Source: a virus (Duplodnaviria > Caudoviricetes). Taken from it: 64,000 nt of DNA. Made by a program: the position numbers and the translations under genes. Of this stretch, positions 48,898 through 57,031 are shown in pieces (the first letter of the stretch is position 1; each line of letters opens with the position of its first letter). The DNA is taken from IMG/VR virus record IMGVR_UViG_3300012231_000010, positions 1,538 to 65,537 of that record; one strand, given 5' to 3'. Under the pieces are notes generated by a model, which saw nothing but the letters and a program-made list of their open reading frames with translations, was not told the origin of the DNA and did no database searches.

Positions 48898-49131
48898 TTA
48901 GTATTCTTCATTTTTTCTATACTCCCATGATCGACTGTCCTGTCGAAGGGACTTCACCGCTTGGTGAAGCAGCGACAAACAGGCGTCCCGATCAGGTGTC
49001 GGGAAAGACCGCCCAACAGCGGTCATCAAATCATACGTCTGTTTAAGCAGCAGATTGTTCCGATGCTGATTGTATTCGCACCGCCCTTTTACAGTTAGGT
49101 CTGCTTCATCTCGTCTGGAAATGTCTGGCAT
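48898..49131 (-). CDS. Hypothetical protein
   Basis: Start re-called to ATG 49131 after promoter. Confidence 0.6.
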   Translation of the reverse strand: MPDISRRDEADLTVKGRCEYNQHRNNLLLKQTYDLMTAVGRSFPTPDRDACLSLLHQAVKSLRQDSRSWEYRKNEEY

Positions 49132-49170
49132 AACTTTCGGTAATCTAACACACCTGTTTCCTGATGTCAA
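49132..49170 (-). promoter_or_regulatory. Class I promoter (copy 2 of duplicated cassette)
   Basis: TTGACA-N17-TAGATT-accgaaagtt-ATG. Confidence 0.75.
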
Positions 49171-49171
49171 T

Positions 49172-49399
49172 CTATCTCCCGCCGAATATCCCGATTTCAT
49201 TCTCACTGAGGTAACCCAGAACTGCCCTATCTGCACTCCTGCGGCTGTCAGCCCAGAGATAGGCTATGGACTCGCACAGCACTTCTTGTTCCACATCCAG
49301 CTTTTTTGCCCACTTTTTTATGATGGGATCCAGGTCATCCAGAATGGCCTGCTCATTTTTGTATCCCAGCCCAGTCAAATTCACGTTTCGCCGTGGCAT
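49172..49399 (-). CDS. Hypothetical protein
   Basis: Start re-called to ATG 49399 after promoter. Confidence 0.6.
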   Translation of the reverse strand: MPRRNVNLTGLGYKNEQAILDDLDPIIKKWAKKLDVEQEVLCESIAYLWADSRRSADRAVLGYLSENEIGIFGGR

Positions 49400-49434
49400 G
49401 GTGGAACAGTAGCACAAAGAAAAAGACCGGTCAA
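49400..49434 (-). promoter_or_regulatory. Class I promoter (leaderless)
   Basis: TTGACC-N17-TACTGT-N6-ATG. Confidence 0.7.
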
Positions 49435-49450
49435 ATAAAAGACCGGTCTT
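49416..49450 (-). terminator. Intrinsic terminator after FN3 gene, overlapping the next -35 box
   Basis: AAGACCGGTC/GACCGGTCTT 10-bp stem plus U-rich tail. Confidence 0.7.
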
Positions 49451-49469
49451 GGTGATTGGTGGACGGTGC

Positions 49470-49736
49470 TTAGAGCACAGTGACCGTAATGGTCCCTGGG
49501 GCGCTGGGAAGCGTCGGTCCAGGGGTCACCGGGCTTTGGGGCCCGTAGCCGATCAGGTTGTGCGCCCGAACCGTCCAGGCGTAGGCCGCCGGAGTGGGGT
49601 TGGGGATGTCCAGTTGATTGGCGGTAACCACCGTGAGGGGCTGCGAGGAGCCCCCATTGGTAGATTGCCACACTTCATACCCGTCCACCAGCTCGGAAGC
49701 CGGATTGGCGGGCCACGTCAGTCGAATAGTTGCCAT
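49470..49736 (-). CDS. Stand-alone FN3-domain protein
   Basis: IRLTWPANP...VDGYEVW...YAWTVRAHNLIGYGPQS. Confidence 0.8.
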   Translation of the reverse strand: MATIRLTWPANPASELVDGYEVWQSTNGGSSQPLTVVTANQLDIPNPTPAAYAWTVRAHNLIGYGPQSPVTPGPTLPSAPGTITVTVL

Positions 49737-49739
49737 TGT

Positions 49740-50247
49740 AGTGCCTTTGGTTGAGTTTTATACTGCCTGCATGATAAAGTCGCCGAAATTAAGGGGCGCG
49801 AAAGCCGATTTTTCGTCATTTATGGCGAAGAAAGCGCCAACTTCCTGGTTGTTTCGTCACTTCTGGTGTATCTAAGCGTCCCACGAGGCATTTTTTTCTC
49901 ATATACCGACCATCACTAAGCCAAATCCTGCCGTGCGCGCGCCCCCCGTGGGGTGGGTGTCCCATTCCTGTGCCCAGGACATACATAAGTGCCTCAAAAG
50001 ACATCATTTCAGGCGGTCCTGACGGCCTCGGACCACATTCTACGGATTGTGCGCCGACCCACAGCCAGGCAAATCCTGCCGCATGCCGCCCAGGTCGCCG
50101 AGATGCGTGAAACTCACGCAAAACCCCGCGCATACGTGCAAAAATTGCACCGCGCGCCCTACTTTCGCTTACCTAAGCATATCACTCAGGATAGTAATGA
50201 TCATAAGTGCTTGATACTCAATATAAGCTTAATCCTAAGTGATTTGC
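49740..50247. other. ~500-bp probable non-coding region; candidate packaging/terminus site
   Basis: No convincing ORF; short direct repeats (aaatcctgccg x2, cataagtgc x2), hairpins, GC-rich ccccccgtggggtggg tract; next to small-terminase-like gene. Confidence 0.35.
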
Positions 50248-50859
50248 TTAGGATTTGGGCTTCTCGATGGCCTTACGAACGGACTCCAGAGCCACCAGCT
50301 CGGAGGAGCCTGCAATGGCCGGGATATTGCTGAGGCCCTGCAACACTCGCGCGCCCATCGCTAGGGCATCGTCTTGACGCTCCATTGAGCCCTCCAGGCG
50401 CTTCAAGCGCTCACCGGCCGTATCCGCCATTGCCGAAAAAGCCACGGTGGAAAGCTTCTGTGCGGATGATGCCAGCTCGGCCAGGGGCTTAAGGTCGATG
50501 CGCCGATTGCCCTCCTTGTCCGTGTAGGTGAACGCCTCAAGGACCGTTGTGTCCCGCGAGTCAACCATGCGCTTCTCCAGCTCGTTCAGGACAACATCAA
50601 TCACCCGGCGGATTCGCATTGCTTGGACGTAGGTGCCCGCGCGGTTCAACAGCCGCTCAATCTCGGCAGGCCCACGCGAATCACCGGCCAAGCGCTTCGT
50701 GGTCTCCAGGCGCGCGCGCCAGTCCTCCCGCTTCGCGTATTCCTCAACAACATCCTCAGGCACATCACAAGCCACCGAGGTCTTGTTTACGTCGCCCTCC
50801 AGGACGATGAAGGTGAGATACAGTTTAGTTGCCAGCGAGTCGCTTAATTGCGTCGGCAT
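50248..50859 (-). CDS. Probable terminase small subunit (N-terminal HTH plus helical region)
   Basis: VNKTSVACDVPEDVVEEYAKREDW HTH-like pattern, then coiled coil; inferred, not adjacent to terL. Confidence 0.45.
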   Translation of the reverse strand: MPTQLSDSLATKLYLTFIVLEGDVNKTSVACDVPEDVVEEYAKREDWRARLETTKRLAGDSRGPAEIERLLNRAGTYVQAMRIRRVIDVVLNELEKRMVDSRDTTVLEAFTYTDKEGNRRIDLKPLAELASSAQKLSTVAFSAMADTAGERLKRLEGSMERQDDALAMGARVLQGLSNIPAIAGSSELVALESVRKAIEKPKS

Positions 50860-50956
50860 AGATTTTGCGGTCTTTGGTTCTGGTTTTTTGTTTGGCGGAC
50901 TTCCGAATGTCTTGAATGGACTTCGGCATCACGGCGAAAAGTTTCTTGTCAGACAT
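50825..50956 (-). CDS. Small basic hypothetical protein (43 aa)
   Basis: MSDKKLFAVMPK...; CACTCT-N5-ATG resembles class II -10 but -35 is weak. Confidence 0.3.
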   Translation of the reverse strand: MSDKKLFAVMPKSIQDIRKSAKQKTRTKDRKIYADAIKRLAGN

Positions 50957-51009
50957 GATTAAGAGTGCGAGAATCCAGCCGGACCGAAAATCAGTGGGCC
51001 GGAACATAC

Positions 51010-51289
51010 CAAACGGGGTCCAGATGGGAAATGTATAGAATCTTGTGATAATAAAAGACCCGCGAATACTGGCCCCTCCCGAGTTTGTATGTATTCTACT
51101 ATACTCTAATTTTCACATGGGAAATATATTAATACAACCTGATATATTCATGGAAAGTATATCTTTGTATTTTGCCTATATTTTTCCAAGAGAACATTTG
51201 GCACCTGACCAGTTGTATCCTAACTCGACTCAGACCAATAACCACGCACCTTTCACCGCACACCAATTTCTTTATACCGCACACGAAGT
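51010..51289. other. AT-rich strand-switch region; candidate replication origin or divergent control region
   Basis: Markedly AT-rich; three GGAAA(T/G)(G/A/T)ATA-like repeats (gggaaatgtata, gggaaatatatt, ggaaagtatatc). Confidence 0.4.
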
Positions 51290-51324
51290 TTGACACACCA
51301 AAAACCATGCACTACTTTCCTCGC
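51290..51324 (+). promoter_or_regulatory. Class I promoter (leaderless)
   Basis: TTGACA-N17-TACTTT-N6-ATG. Confidence 0.75.
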
Positions 51325-51768
51325 ATGAGATCAATATTCTACGGGGTCACCAAGTTGAAGAGCGGAGCTTATGTAGTCCATATTCACCTGCTCGGCCGCC
51401 TGTGGCATGTGAAGTCTTGCTCCACCGCTGAGGAGGCTGCCCTGTGGTGGGACATAGCCACGATGCGCTTGAATGTCTTCCGAAAAAATAAGACTGCTTC
51501 TCGCGCCCACCTGAACTTCCCGGACAAGATCGAGGAACACATGGGGAACTTCGAGGACGACAAATACCCAGGCATGCGAGCCCGCATTGGTGCCCTATGG
51601 CATCGCTTGACTGAAATTAAAATCTCGGCCACTGAAAAACAGAAGCACGAGAAACTTCACTGGGACCGCGTTCTTGAAGTCATAGCCCGTCTTGAACAAC
51701 AGTTGACTGATCACGAAGCCCGCCTTGCGGTGGTAGAGAACAAAATACTTCAAAACAAAAACTTGTGA
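51325..51768 (+). CDS. AP2-domain DNA-binding protein with C-terminal coiled coil
   Basis: SIFYGV...STAEEAALWWDIA...AHLNFP is the AP2/ERF pattern; no HNH domain. Confidence 0.7.
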   Translation: MRSIFYGVTKLKSGAYVVHIHLLGRLWHVKSCSTAEEAALWWDIATMRLNVFRKNKTASRAHLNFPDKIEEHMGNFEDDKYPGMRARIGALWHRLTEIKISATEKQKHEKLHWDRVLEVIARLEQQLTDHEARLAVVENKILQNKNL

Positions 51769-51917
51769 GATCAAAACCAGAGCCCGTTGACTTCACCCTG
51801 TGGCACAAGAAGCGCGTGGCCTTAGACAAGCTGCTCGAACGTCAGCGGCGTGAGCGGGATCAGCTAACGGCTAAACACCAGCGAGCCCGCAAAGCATTTT
51901 TCTCACGCATAAAATAA
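51765..51917 (+). CDS. Small basic protein (50 aa)
   Basis: GTG start overlapping upstream TGA; read manually. Confidence 0.45.
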   Translation: MRSKPEPVDFTLWHKKRVALDKLLERQRRERDQLTAKHQRARKAFFSRIK

Positions 51918-51929
51918 TACATCCAACCT

Positions 51930-52325
51930 ATGAGCAACCCTTACGAGAGATTTATTTGCATAAACCATCTTATCTCAGACCCAGGCCACACCAGCTATGA
52001 TTTTTGCCCGATGGGTGAAAATGACTTTGAGCGCATACAGAGCATGCCAATCTTTGAGCGCATCGCCCGCTGTGTTTACTGGTATGCGGTCGGGTCCTGG
52101 GAGGGCACGGGAGATGCAATCATCCAAGCCACGACCGGAGAATGGTATTTGGTGGATCTAAACCATTGCTCGTGCTACGGGCCGGACGAGGGTTTTCTGG
52201 GGCTGGACTCCACATGTTTTTTTTCATCACGGGAAGCACTCGCGGAAAAACAAGCCGGTGAGTCCTCAAATGTTTTAACCCTGATCAAATACATCCAAGA
52301 CAATCCACTTAAGACAACCTTATGA
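51930..52325 (+). CDS. Hypothetical protein
   Basis: 131-aa ORF; YAVGSWEG...HCSCYGP. Confidence 0.65.
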   Translation: MSNPYERFICINHLISDPGHTSYDFCPMGENDFERIQSMPIFERIARCVYWYAVGSWEGTGDAIIQATTGEWYLVDLNHCSCYGPDEGFLGLDSTCFFSSREALAEKQAGESSNVLTLIKYIQDNPLKTTL

Positions 52326-53050
52326 GCGAAATTAAACATGTTGACATCAGCAGCGATGAATCTTTGGGCTACGGACTGGAACAAGCGTTTGTGGACTGCG
52401 ATGGCAACGTCCATCAATGTTGGAATGCAGTCGCCCGGCGAGCCCGAGAGCTGCTGCAACCCGGCCGCGATTATGCGAATGAGAAGATCAAAACTCTAAC
52501 CGACACACTCACGCATGAACGGCTGGGGGAGGATGTGAACATGCTGAAACGCAATGTTGCCGCGCTGCGCAACGCTTCATCCATTGACTCCGAAAAAAAG
52601 GCGCAGAGCGATCAAGACCTTTCGGACCGGCTGGTTGCGCTGGAGGAAAAAATTATGGGGCATTCAGTAATTGATGACTGTATTGAAGACGTGGTCCGAC
52701 ATGAGGCGCAGATTGCAAATCTGGATAATAAAGTCAAGATGTTGGAGGCAGGCCGGATCACGTCCGGAAGTTGCTACAGACAAAACACGCGCAGTCTCAT
52801 TGACAGCACAACTAAATTGGAGAAGCAGATCAATGGCCGCCTGGCCGTGCTGGAGAATCAGCTCGCAGTAGTTGAAAAATTCACACACCAAAACCTTGGT
52901 TCCATCTTTTCGGAGCTGCGTGTGCTGCACCAGGGTCAGAAGGATCTGAAGAGCCGGATAATCAAAAATAACATCCAGGTGGATCCCTTTTTCGAGGCCA
53001 AGCCAAGCATACCCCAACCCAAATCAAAGAACCAACAGGAGATTAAATGA
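52322..53050 (+). CDS. Coiled-coil hypothetical protein
   Basis: 242 aa, heptad pattern. Confidence 0.65.
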   Translation: MSEIKHVDISSDESLGYGLEQAFVDCDGNVHQCWNAVARRARELLQPGRDYANEKIKTLTDTLTHERLGEDVNMLKRNVAALRNASSIDSEKKAQSDQDLSDRLVALEEKIMGHSVIDDCIEDVVRHEAQIANLDNKVKMLEAGRITSGSCYRQNTRSLIDSTTKLEKQINGRLAVLENQLAVVEKFTHQNLGSIFSELRVLHQGQKDLKSRIIKNNIQVDPFFEAKPSIPQPKSKNQQEIK

Positions 53051-53658
53051 GCGCGTGCGAATTCTACAACAATCTAGGGGTTCCGCTGGACCGATGGTAT
53101 TGCGACGAGTGCGGGACTCTTTGGCCAAACAAGGAGAGCGGTGATAGGTGCTGCGACCGGCGATGCGAGGATTGCAAAGACCCGTTGCCGTCAATCAAGA
53201 AGTATTGCTGGTCGGTGTGCAACCCGTGCCGTGAGGCGCGCGAGGACGAGCGCGAGCTGGGGCGATTCACGAAGGCGGAGAAGATCCATCACCAGGATTG
53301 GGCCGGGTGGGTATATTACAACGATCATTACTACAGCAGCACTGAAGACCTTTTCGACTCGCTTTTCCACTATGACGATGAAGAAACTGGCCGTCCCGAT
53401 TATGTCTGGGCCTGCAAGACAAATAAATTTGTGGACCAGGACTTCCTAGGCCGCGTCTTGAGTGACATTCAGGACGAAGCTTATGAGGACTTTGAAACAG
53501 ATGACCTGGACGGCGTGCCCGAGTTGAAAGCGGCCTTGGAAGCGTTTGTGAACATCAATCATACTAAGGTGGCTTACGCGGTTGACTACACCAAAGCCAT
53601 CCTTCTAGGGGAATCCCCTACGCATCGGCCCGTAGAAATCATCGAAACTAATTCTTGA
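53047..53658 (+). CDS. Cys-rich (Zn-finger) hypothetical protein
   Basis: CDECG, CC, CEDC, CNPC motifs. Confidence 0.65.
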   Translation: MSACEFYNNLGVPLDRWYCDECGTLWPNKESGDRCCDRRCEDCKDPLPSIKKYCWSVCNPCREAREDERELGRFTKAEKIHHQDWAGWVYYNDHYYSSTEDLFDSLFHYDDEETGRPDYVWACKTNKFVDQDFLGRVLSDIQDEAYEDFETDDLDGVPELKAALEAFVNINHTKVAYAVDYTKAILLGESPTHRPVEIIETNS

Positions 53659-53683
53659 TCTTTTTCCCAGGCTGGACGATAGT
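53655..53683 (+). promoter_or_regulatory. Class I promoter heading a non-coding RNA
   Basis: TTGATC-N17-GATAGT; spacer end (ctggac) as in 56997 promoter; the only ORF downstream is MSER*. Confidence 0.6.
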
Positions 53684-53687
53684 TTAA

Positions 53688-53884
53688 ATGTCAGAGCGGT
53701 AACTGAGATGCCGCGAGCAGTCCCCGGAAGGGTGACATTAGACTGAGATGGGCGCAGTGAACCTCTGACACTTGTGGCGGCAGCAAGAGCCGCGCGGGGG
53801 ATCGACTGGCAAGATGTAGCTTGCCGATCCAAGCAGATAAGCCAGCCCCGCGCGTCCGGGTGCAAGTCCCGGGTGCCGCATCCA
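53688..53884 (+). ncRNA. Candidate ~195-nt structured RNA ending in a tRNA-like domain
   Basis: 5' stem TGTCAGAG/CTCTGACA; 3' domain: acceptor GCGGCA/TGCCGC, stem GCGCGGGG/CCCCGCGC, T-arm CCGGG-TGCAAGT-CCCGG, terminal CCA, then T-run. Confidence 0.65.
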
Positions 53885-53890
53885 ATTTTT

Positions 53891-53936
53891 GAAAATACTT
53901 TTTGACAACTCACCAATCACCAATTATATTACACCA
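53891..53936 (+). promoter_or_regulatory. Class I promoter (leaderless)
   Basis: gaaaatactt-t-TTGACA-N17-TATATT-N6-ATG. Confidence 0.85.
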
Positions 53937-54266
53937 ATGACAACGCAACCAATCACCAACGACGAGATCACCGCATTCTGCGCAAACCTTCAGTCCAAGA
54001 TTATAACATCCATGGTCGAGCGGGGTTTCACCTGCCCCACCACACTGGAAGTCACGATCCGCTTCACCGAAGGCGGCCGGTTCTTCCGCGTTCTTCGTTG
54101 TGACCCGGGCAGCAAATCCATTTACTGCCTTGTGGACAAGAACACCGGCGATATTTACAAGCCCACCAGCTACGCCGGGGGACCGGCCAAGCATGTCCGG
54201 GGCAGTATCCGGACCGACTGGTGGCAGTATCCCTGCGGCCCCTATGGAATAGTCAACCTGAGGTAA
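53937..54266 (+). CDS. Conserved phage hypothetical protein
   Basis: SIYCLVDKNTGDIYKP...PAKHVRGSI motif, widespread in phages from recollection. Confidence 0.7.
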   Translation: MTTQPITNDEITAFCANLQSKIITSMVERGFTCPTTLEVTIRFTEGGRFFRVLRCDPGSKSIYCLVDKNTGDIYKPTSYAGGPAKHVRGSIRTDWWQYPCGPYGIVNLR

Positions 54267-54270
54267 TCTT

Positions 54271-54519
54271 ATGGACCTATCTAACGGAACCGATCTTAAC
54301 CAAGCGCTCGTTAGTGCGCTTAAACTCGGGATAATGCATGCTTGTTATGGCGACCGTCCCGCTACTGCTAGCGCTTTGATTCAGCTCATAGCCAAGGGGG
54401 AGCCCATTTATTACTGCAACGGGCATGCTCGGCTTTTGCGCACTGCTTACGGGTCCGGGTTTAACGCGGTCAAATTTAACATTCGCGTTCATAAAACGCG
54501 TCAAGCTGCCAAAGTATAA
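54271..54519 (+). CDS. Hypothetical protein
   Basis: 82-aa ORF in operon. Confidence 0.55.
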   Translation: MDLSNGTDLNQALVSALKLGIMHACYGDRPATASALIQLIAKGEPIYYCNGHARLLRTAYGSGFNAVKFNIRVHKTRQAAKV

Positions 54520-54521
54520 TT

Positions 54522-54908
54522 ATGACTATTGAACTTGCACCCGCCCAAGTGCTGTATCGGGAGATTGCCCTCCTTGAGCGCGCCCTTGAATCGCTGAAGC
54601 GCAACCATCACGCCCAGCCGCCTGATCCGGAGTTGTATCATGTTCCAAGCCCGGCCGAGTGGACTCGCCGCCTGGAGCAGCTCCAATCTGAGATCCGGAG
54701 TCTGAAGCGGGTGCATGCCCGGCTATCTCCGCGATTGATACCAGGATGCGGTGGCACCGAGGTCCCCATCCTCGCGCGCAATGGCCGCAAGTATCTTTGG
54801 TGTTGGGACTGCAATGCCACTGGCACATGGCCCGGGGATCATGTCTACGTGGATTGCGCCACCGACATGCCGATAACCCCGGAAGAGCACCGGGAAATTT
54901 TTGGGTGA
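54522..54908 (+). CDS. Hypothetical protein
   Basis: 128 aa; CGGTEVP...YLWCW...HVYVD. Confidence 0.65.
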   Translation: MTIELAPAQVLYREIALLERALESLKRNHHAQPPDPELYHVPSPAEWTRRLEQLQSEIRSLKRVHARLSPRLIPGCGGTEVPILARNGRKYLWCWDCNATGTWPGDHVYVDCATDMPITPEEHREIFG

Positions 54909-55128
54909 CCAAATGAACGCTTGCAAGGATAACATCAAGCTGGTGCGCGTTTGGCTGCGCGCGCTACGGCCGCACCGTGAGCATTCGGCGGTCCGGCGTA
55001 TGCGCGACCGGTTGGCCAAGCTGATCTGGGAAGACCGGGTCACCGTGTATGAGCTGGAGAGCATCGCCCAGGAGATCGGGATCCTGAGACGCGACGGAAA
55101 CCATCCACACTTTTTCAAATTGATATGA
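54901..55128 (+). CDS. Hypothetical protein
   Basis: 75-aa ORF, overlapping neighbours. Confidence 0.55.
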   Translation: MGDQMNACKDNIKLVRVWLRALRPHREHSAVRRMRDRLAKLIWEDRVTVYELESIAQEIGILRRDGNHPHFFKLI

Positions 55129-55322
55129 AAGTCAACGAGCTGATTAAGAAGCTGGAGCGGTGCGACCCAGAAGCGGAGGTCTTTGTATCTGCCAGCCGCC
55201 CTCCCTGGAGACATGACAACTCGGGGCCATCCGAATTGGTTTGGGAGTTTCCGCTATTTGAGCTGGCCACGGACAAACTTTTACCCCATCCGTGTGTCAT
55301 GATTTTTCGTGAGCAACCATGA
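55125..55322 (+). CDS. Hypothetical protein
   Basis: MKVNELIKKLERCDPEAEV is a common phage N-terminal pattern. Confidence 0.65.
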   Translation: MKVNELIKKLERCDPEAEVFVSASRPPWRHDNSGPSELVWEFPLFELATDKLLPHPCVMIFREQP

Positions 55323-55465
55323 AACAAGTTCCACTTCGCTGCGGCGCGTGCAATAAGACGTTCTTGGTGCCCCAGGATGCCAAGGAAGCCCGTTGCGCCC
55401 ACTGCGGCCACCGGCACACCCGCTCGCGGCTCAAAGCCGACTGGCGTGCTTCCAGGCGATGCTGA
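55319..55465 (+). CDS. Zn-ribbon mini-protein (48 aa)
   Basis: CGAC...CAHC; ATGA-coupled; read manually. Confidence 0.6.
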   Translation: MKQVPLRCGACNKTFLVPQDAKEARCAHCGHRHTRSRLKADWRASRRC

Positions 55466-55540
55466 GGAGCGAAGCAATAGGCTGCCCCGTGCGGGCAGAT
55501 ATCATGCCAACGTGATAAATCTCCGCTATTACGTCCACAT

Positions 55541-55592
55541 TATTTTCTAGGGGATTTACCTGACCGTAGGAAGGGGATTCCCCTAGAAAATA
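55541..55592. repeat. 14-bp perfect inverted repeat upstream of a promoter
   Basis: TATTTTCTAGGGGA (55541-55554) / TCCCCTAGAAAATA (55579-55592). Confidence 0.7.
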
Positions 55593-55593
55593 G

Positions 55594-55641
55594 TTGAAAA
55601 TAATTTTTGACTTCTGCTTCCGGGCGGACGATATTAACACC
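55594..55641 (+). promoter_or_regulatory. Class I promoter (leaderless)
   Basis: ttgaaaataattt-TTGACT-N17-GATATT-N6-ATG. Confidence 0.85.
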
Positions 55642-55935
55642 ATGAAAGACAATACATTCTCGCCCGCTCAATTGGACCAGCTTCGTGAGGGGATGGCCAA
55701 GGTCACCCACGTTGACCCGGACAGCTCAACCCTGGCCAGCTTGCGGCTTAGTGTTGTATCCTGGAACCGCGCCATGATTCAGCAAGTCGCCGGGGCGGGT
55801 ATCAAATGGCTTTCCTACCTGGCCAAGAAACAATTGGAGAACCTCGATTCTCAGGAGTGGCGCGCTTTTCGGGACACCCCCGAGGGTAAAACATTCCTGG
55901 TCGCCCGGGAACACGCCAAAGATTTTGGAAAATAA
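55642..55935 (+). CDS. Hypothetical protein
   Basis: Start re-called after promoter. Confidence 0.65.
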   Translation: MKDNTFSPAQLDQLREGMAKVTHVDPDSSTLASLRLSVVSWNRAMIQQVAGAGIKWLSYLAKKQLENLDSQEWRAFRDTPEGKTFLVAREHAKDFGK

Positions 55936-55973
55936 TTTTTGACAACCACTGACACCTGAACTATATTCTTATC
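55931..55973 (+). promoter_or_regulatory. Class I promoter (leaderless)
   Basis: aataattt-TTGACA-N17-TATATT-N6-ATG. Confidence 0.85.
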
Positions 55974-56156
55974 ATGAAAACAAAACCTTACGACGTGACG
56001 GGCAACATCATCGCCTTCGAGTCCGGCGAGTTGGACCAGGAGGCGACCGTTGAACTTTTCCAACATCTGGTCAAGACTGGCCTGGCCTGGTCCCTTCAGG
56101 GAAGCTATGGCCGCACCGCCAGAGCGTTGATCAAGGCCGGTGAAATCTCAGCCTAA
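55974..56156 (+). CDS. Conserved small phage protein
   Basis: AFESGEL...LFQHLV..GLAWSLQGSYGRTA motif. Confidence 0.75.
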   Translation: MKTKPYDVTGNIIAFESGELDQEATVELFQHLVKTGLAWSLQGSYGRTARALIKAGEISA

Positions 56157-56162
56157 GGCACC

Positions 56163-56417
56163 ATGAGCACAATTTATCTCAAGACTGACGGCACCCCGCG
56201 CGGCTGGTTTGAGCTGCGCAAAATCAAGCGCTACGCCAAGCTGGTCCGGCTGCCCTGGCGGTTCTTCGCCGCCCGGCCGGTCGAAGCTGACAAGCTGATT
56301 GAAGACGGCGACAACGACAATCTGAAGGGGATTTACGCTCGCGACAAAGAATGTGCAGAGGGCAAGCTGGAATATGTGCGCGCTCTGCTAAAGATCGGCA
56401 CGCTTAGATTGAAATGA
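56163..56417 (+). CDS. Hypothetical protein
   Basis: 84-aa ORF. Confidence 0.6.
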   Translation: MSTIYLKTDGTPRGWFELRKIKRYAKLVRLPWRFFAARPVEADKLIEDGDNDNLKGIYARDKECAEGKLEYVRALLKIGTLRLK

Positions 56418-56818
56418 GCCTGGAGGAATCTATGGAAATTAGATACAAACGCTGTGACGCGGGCCGCAAGTCCGATGGATTTGGAACCGAGATTCGGGAC
56501 TGCGCGGTGCGCGCAATCGCCCTATTACTCCAGACGAATTATGCCACCGCTCACGAGGACTTGCGCGCGCTTGGCCGCAAAGCCCAGCGCAAGTTTAAGT
56601 GGGACCTAGCTGTCAAACACTATGATCTGGAAAAAATGACTTTTTCGCCTGGACCGACAGTGGCCGCTGTGCTGGAGGACATTCCTTGCGGCTGTTTTGC
56701 GATTACCGTTCGAGGGCACGTTTTCGCGGTGATTGACGGGGTCATACATGACACAGCGAAAAAAGGATGGCATTCAAGAAAGCGTGTCCAGGGACTCTAC
56801 TGGGTGAAAGCATCATGA
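56414..56818 (+). CDS. Conserved phage hypothetical protein
   Basis: RDCAVRAIA...GHVFAVIDGVIHDT motif. Confidence 0.7.
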   Translation: MSLEESMEIRYKRCDAGRKSDGFGTEIRDCAVRAIALLLQTNYATAHEDLRALGRKAQRKFKWDLAVKHYDLEKMTFSPGPTVAAVLEDIPCGCFAITVRGHVFAVIDGVIHDTAKKGWHSRKRVQGLYWVKAS

Positions 56819-56973
56819 GTCTGGAGAAAGCCATCAAGCACGGCAAGGAGCATCGTCGCCCGTATCGTGGATCCAGGGCTCATGATCGGACCTGCCGCAA
56901 CCATGGCGGGTGCCCATACTGCGCGGCCGGGAGGAAGCACAAACAGAAGCGGCAAACCCCGGCTCTGGAGTAG
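56815..56973 (+). CDS. Small basic Cys/His protein
   Basis: MSLEKAIKHGKEHRRPY...CRNHGGCPYC. Confidence 0.7.
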   Translation: MSLEKAIKHGKEHRRPYRGSRAHDRTCRNHGGCPYCAAGRKHKQKRQTPALE

Positions 56974-56985
56974 TAGTTTTACCTA

Positions 56986-57031
56986 GAAAATAATTTTTGA
57001 CTTTCCTTCGGTTCTGGACGATATTTTAATC
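56986..57031 (+). promoter_or_regulatory. Class I promoter (leaderless)
   Basis: gaaaataattt-TTGACT-N17-GATATT-N6-ATG. Confidence 0.85.

Noticed and set aside
49816-50333. ORFs 49816..50133 (-) and 49989..50333 (+)
   Set aside because: No motifs, no promoter or coupling, atypical composition; region treated as non-coding
53688-53884. Assignment as tmRNA, cobalamin riboswitch, SRP RNA or hammerhead ribozyme
   Set aside because: No G3.U70 or tag ORF; only the GGTGCAAGTCC T-loop resembles the B12 riboswitch; no SRP CAGG/AGCAG arrangement; CTGAGA is not the CUGANGA core and no GAAA partner is placed correctly
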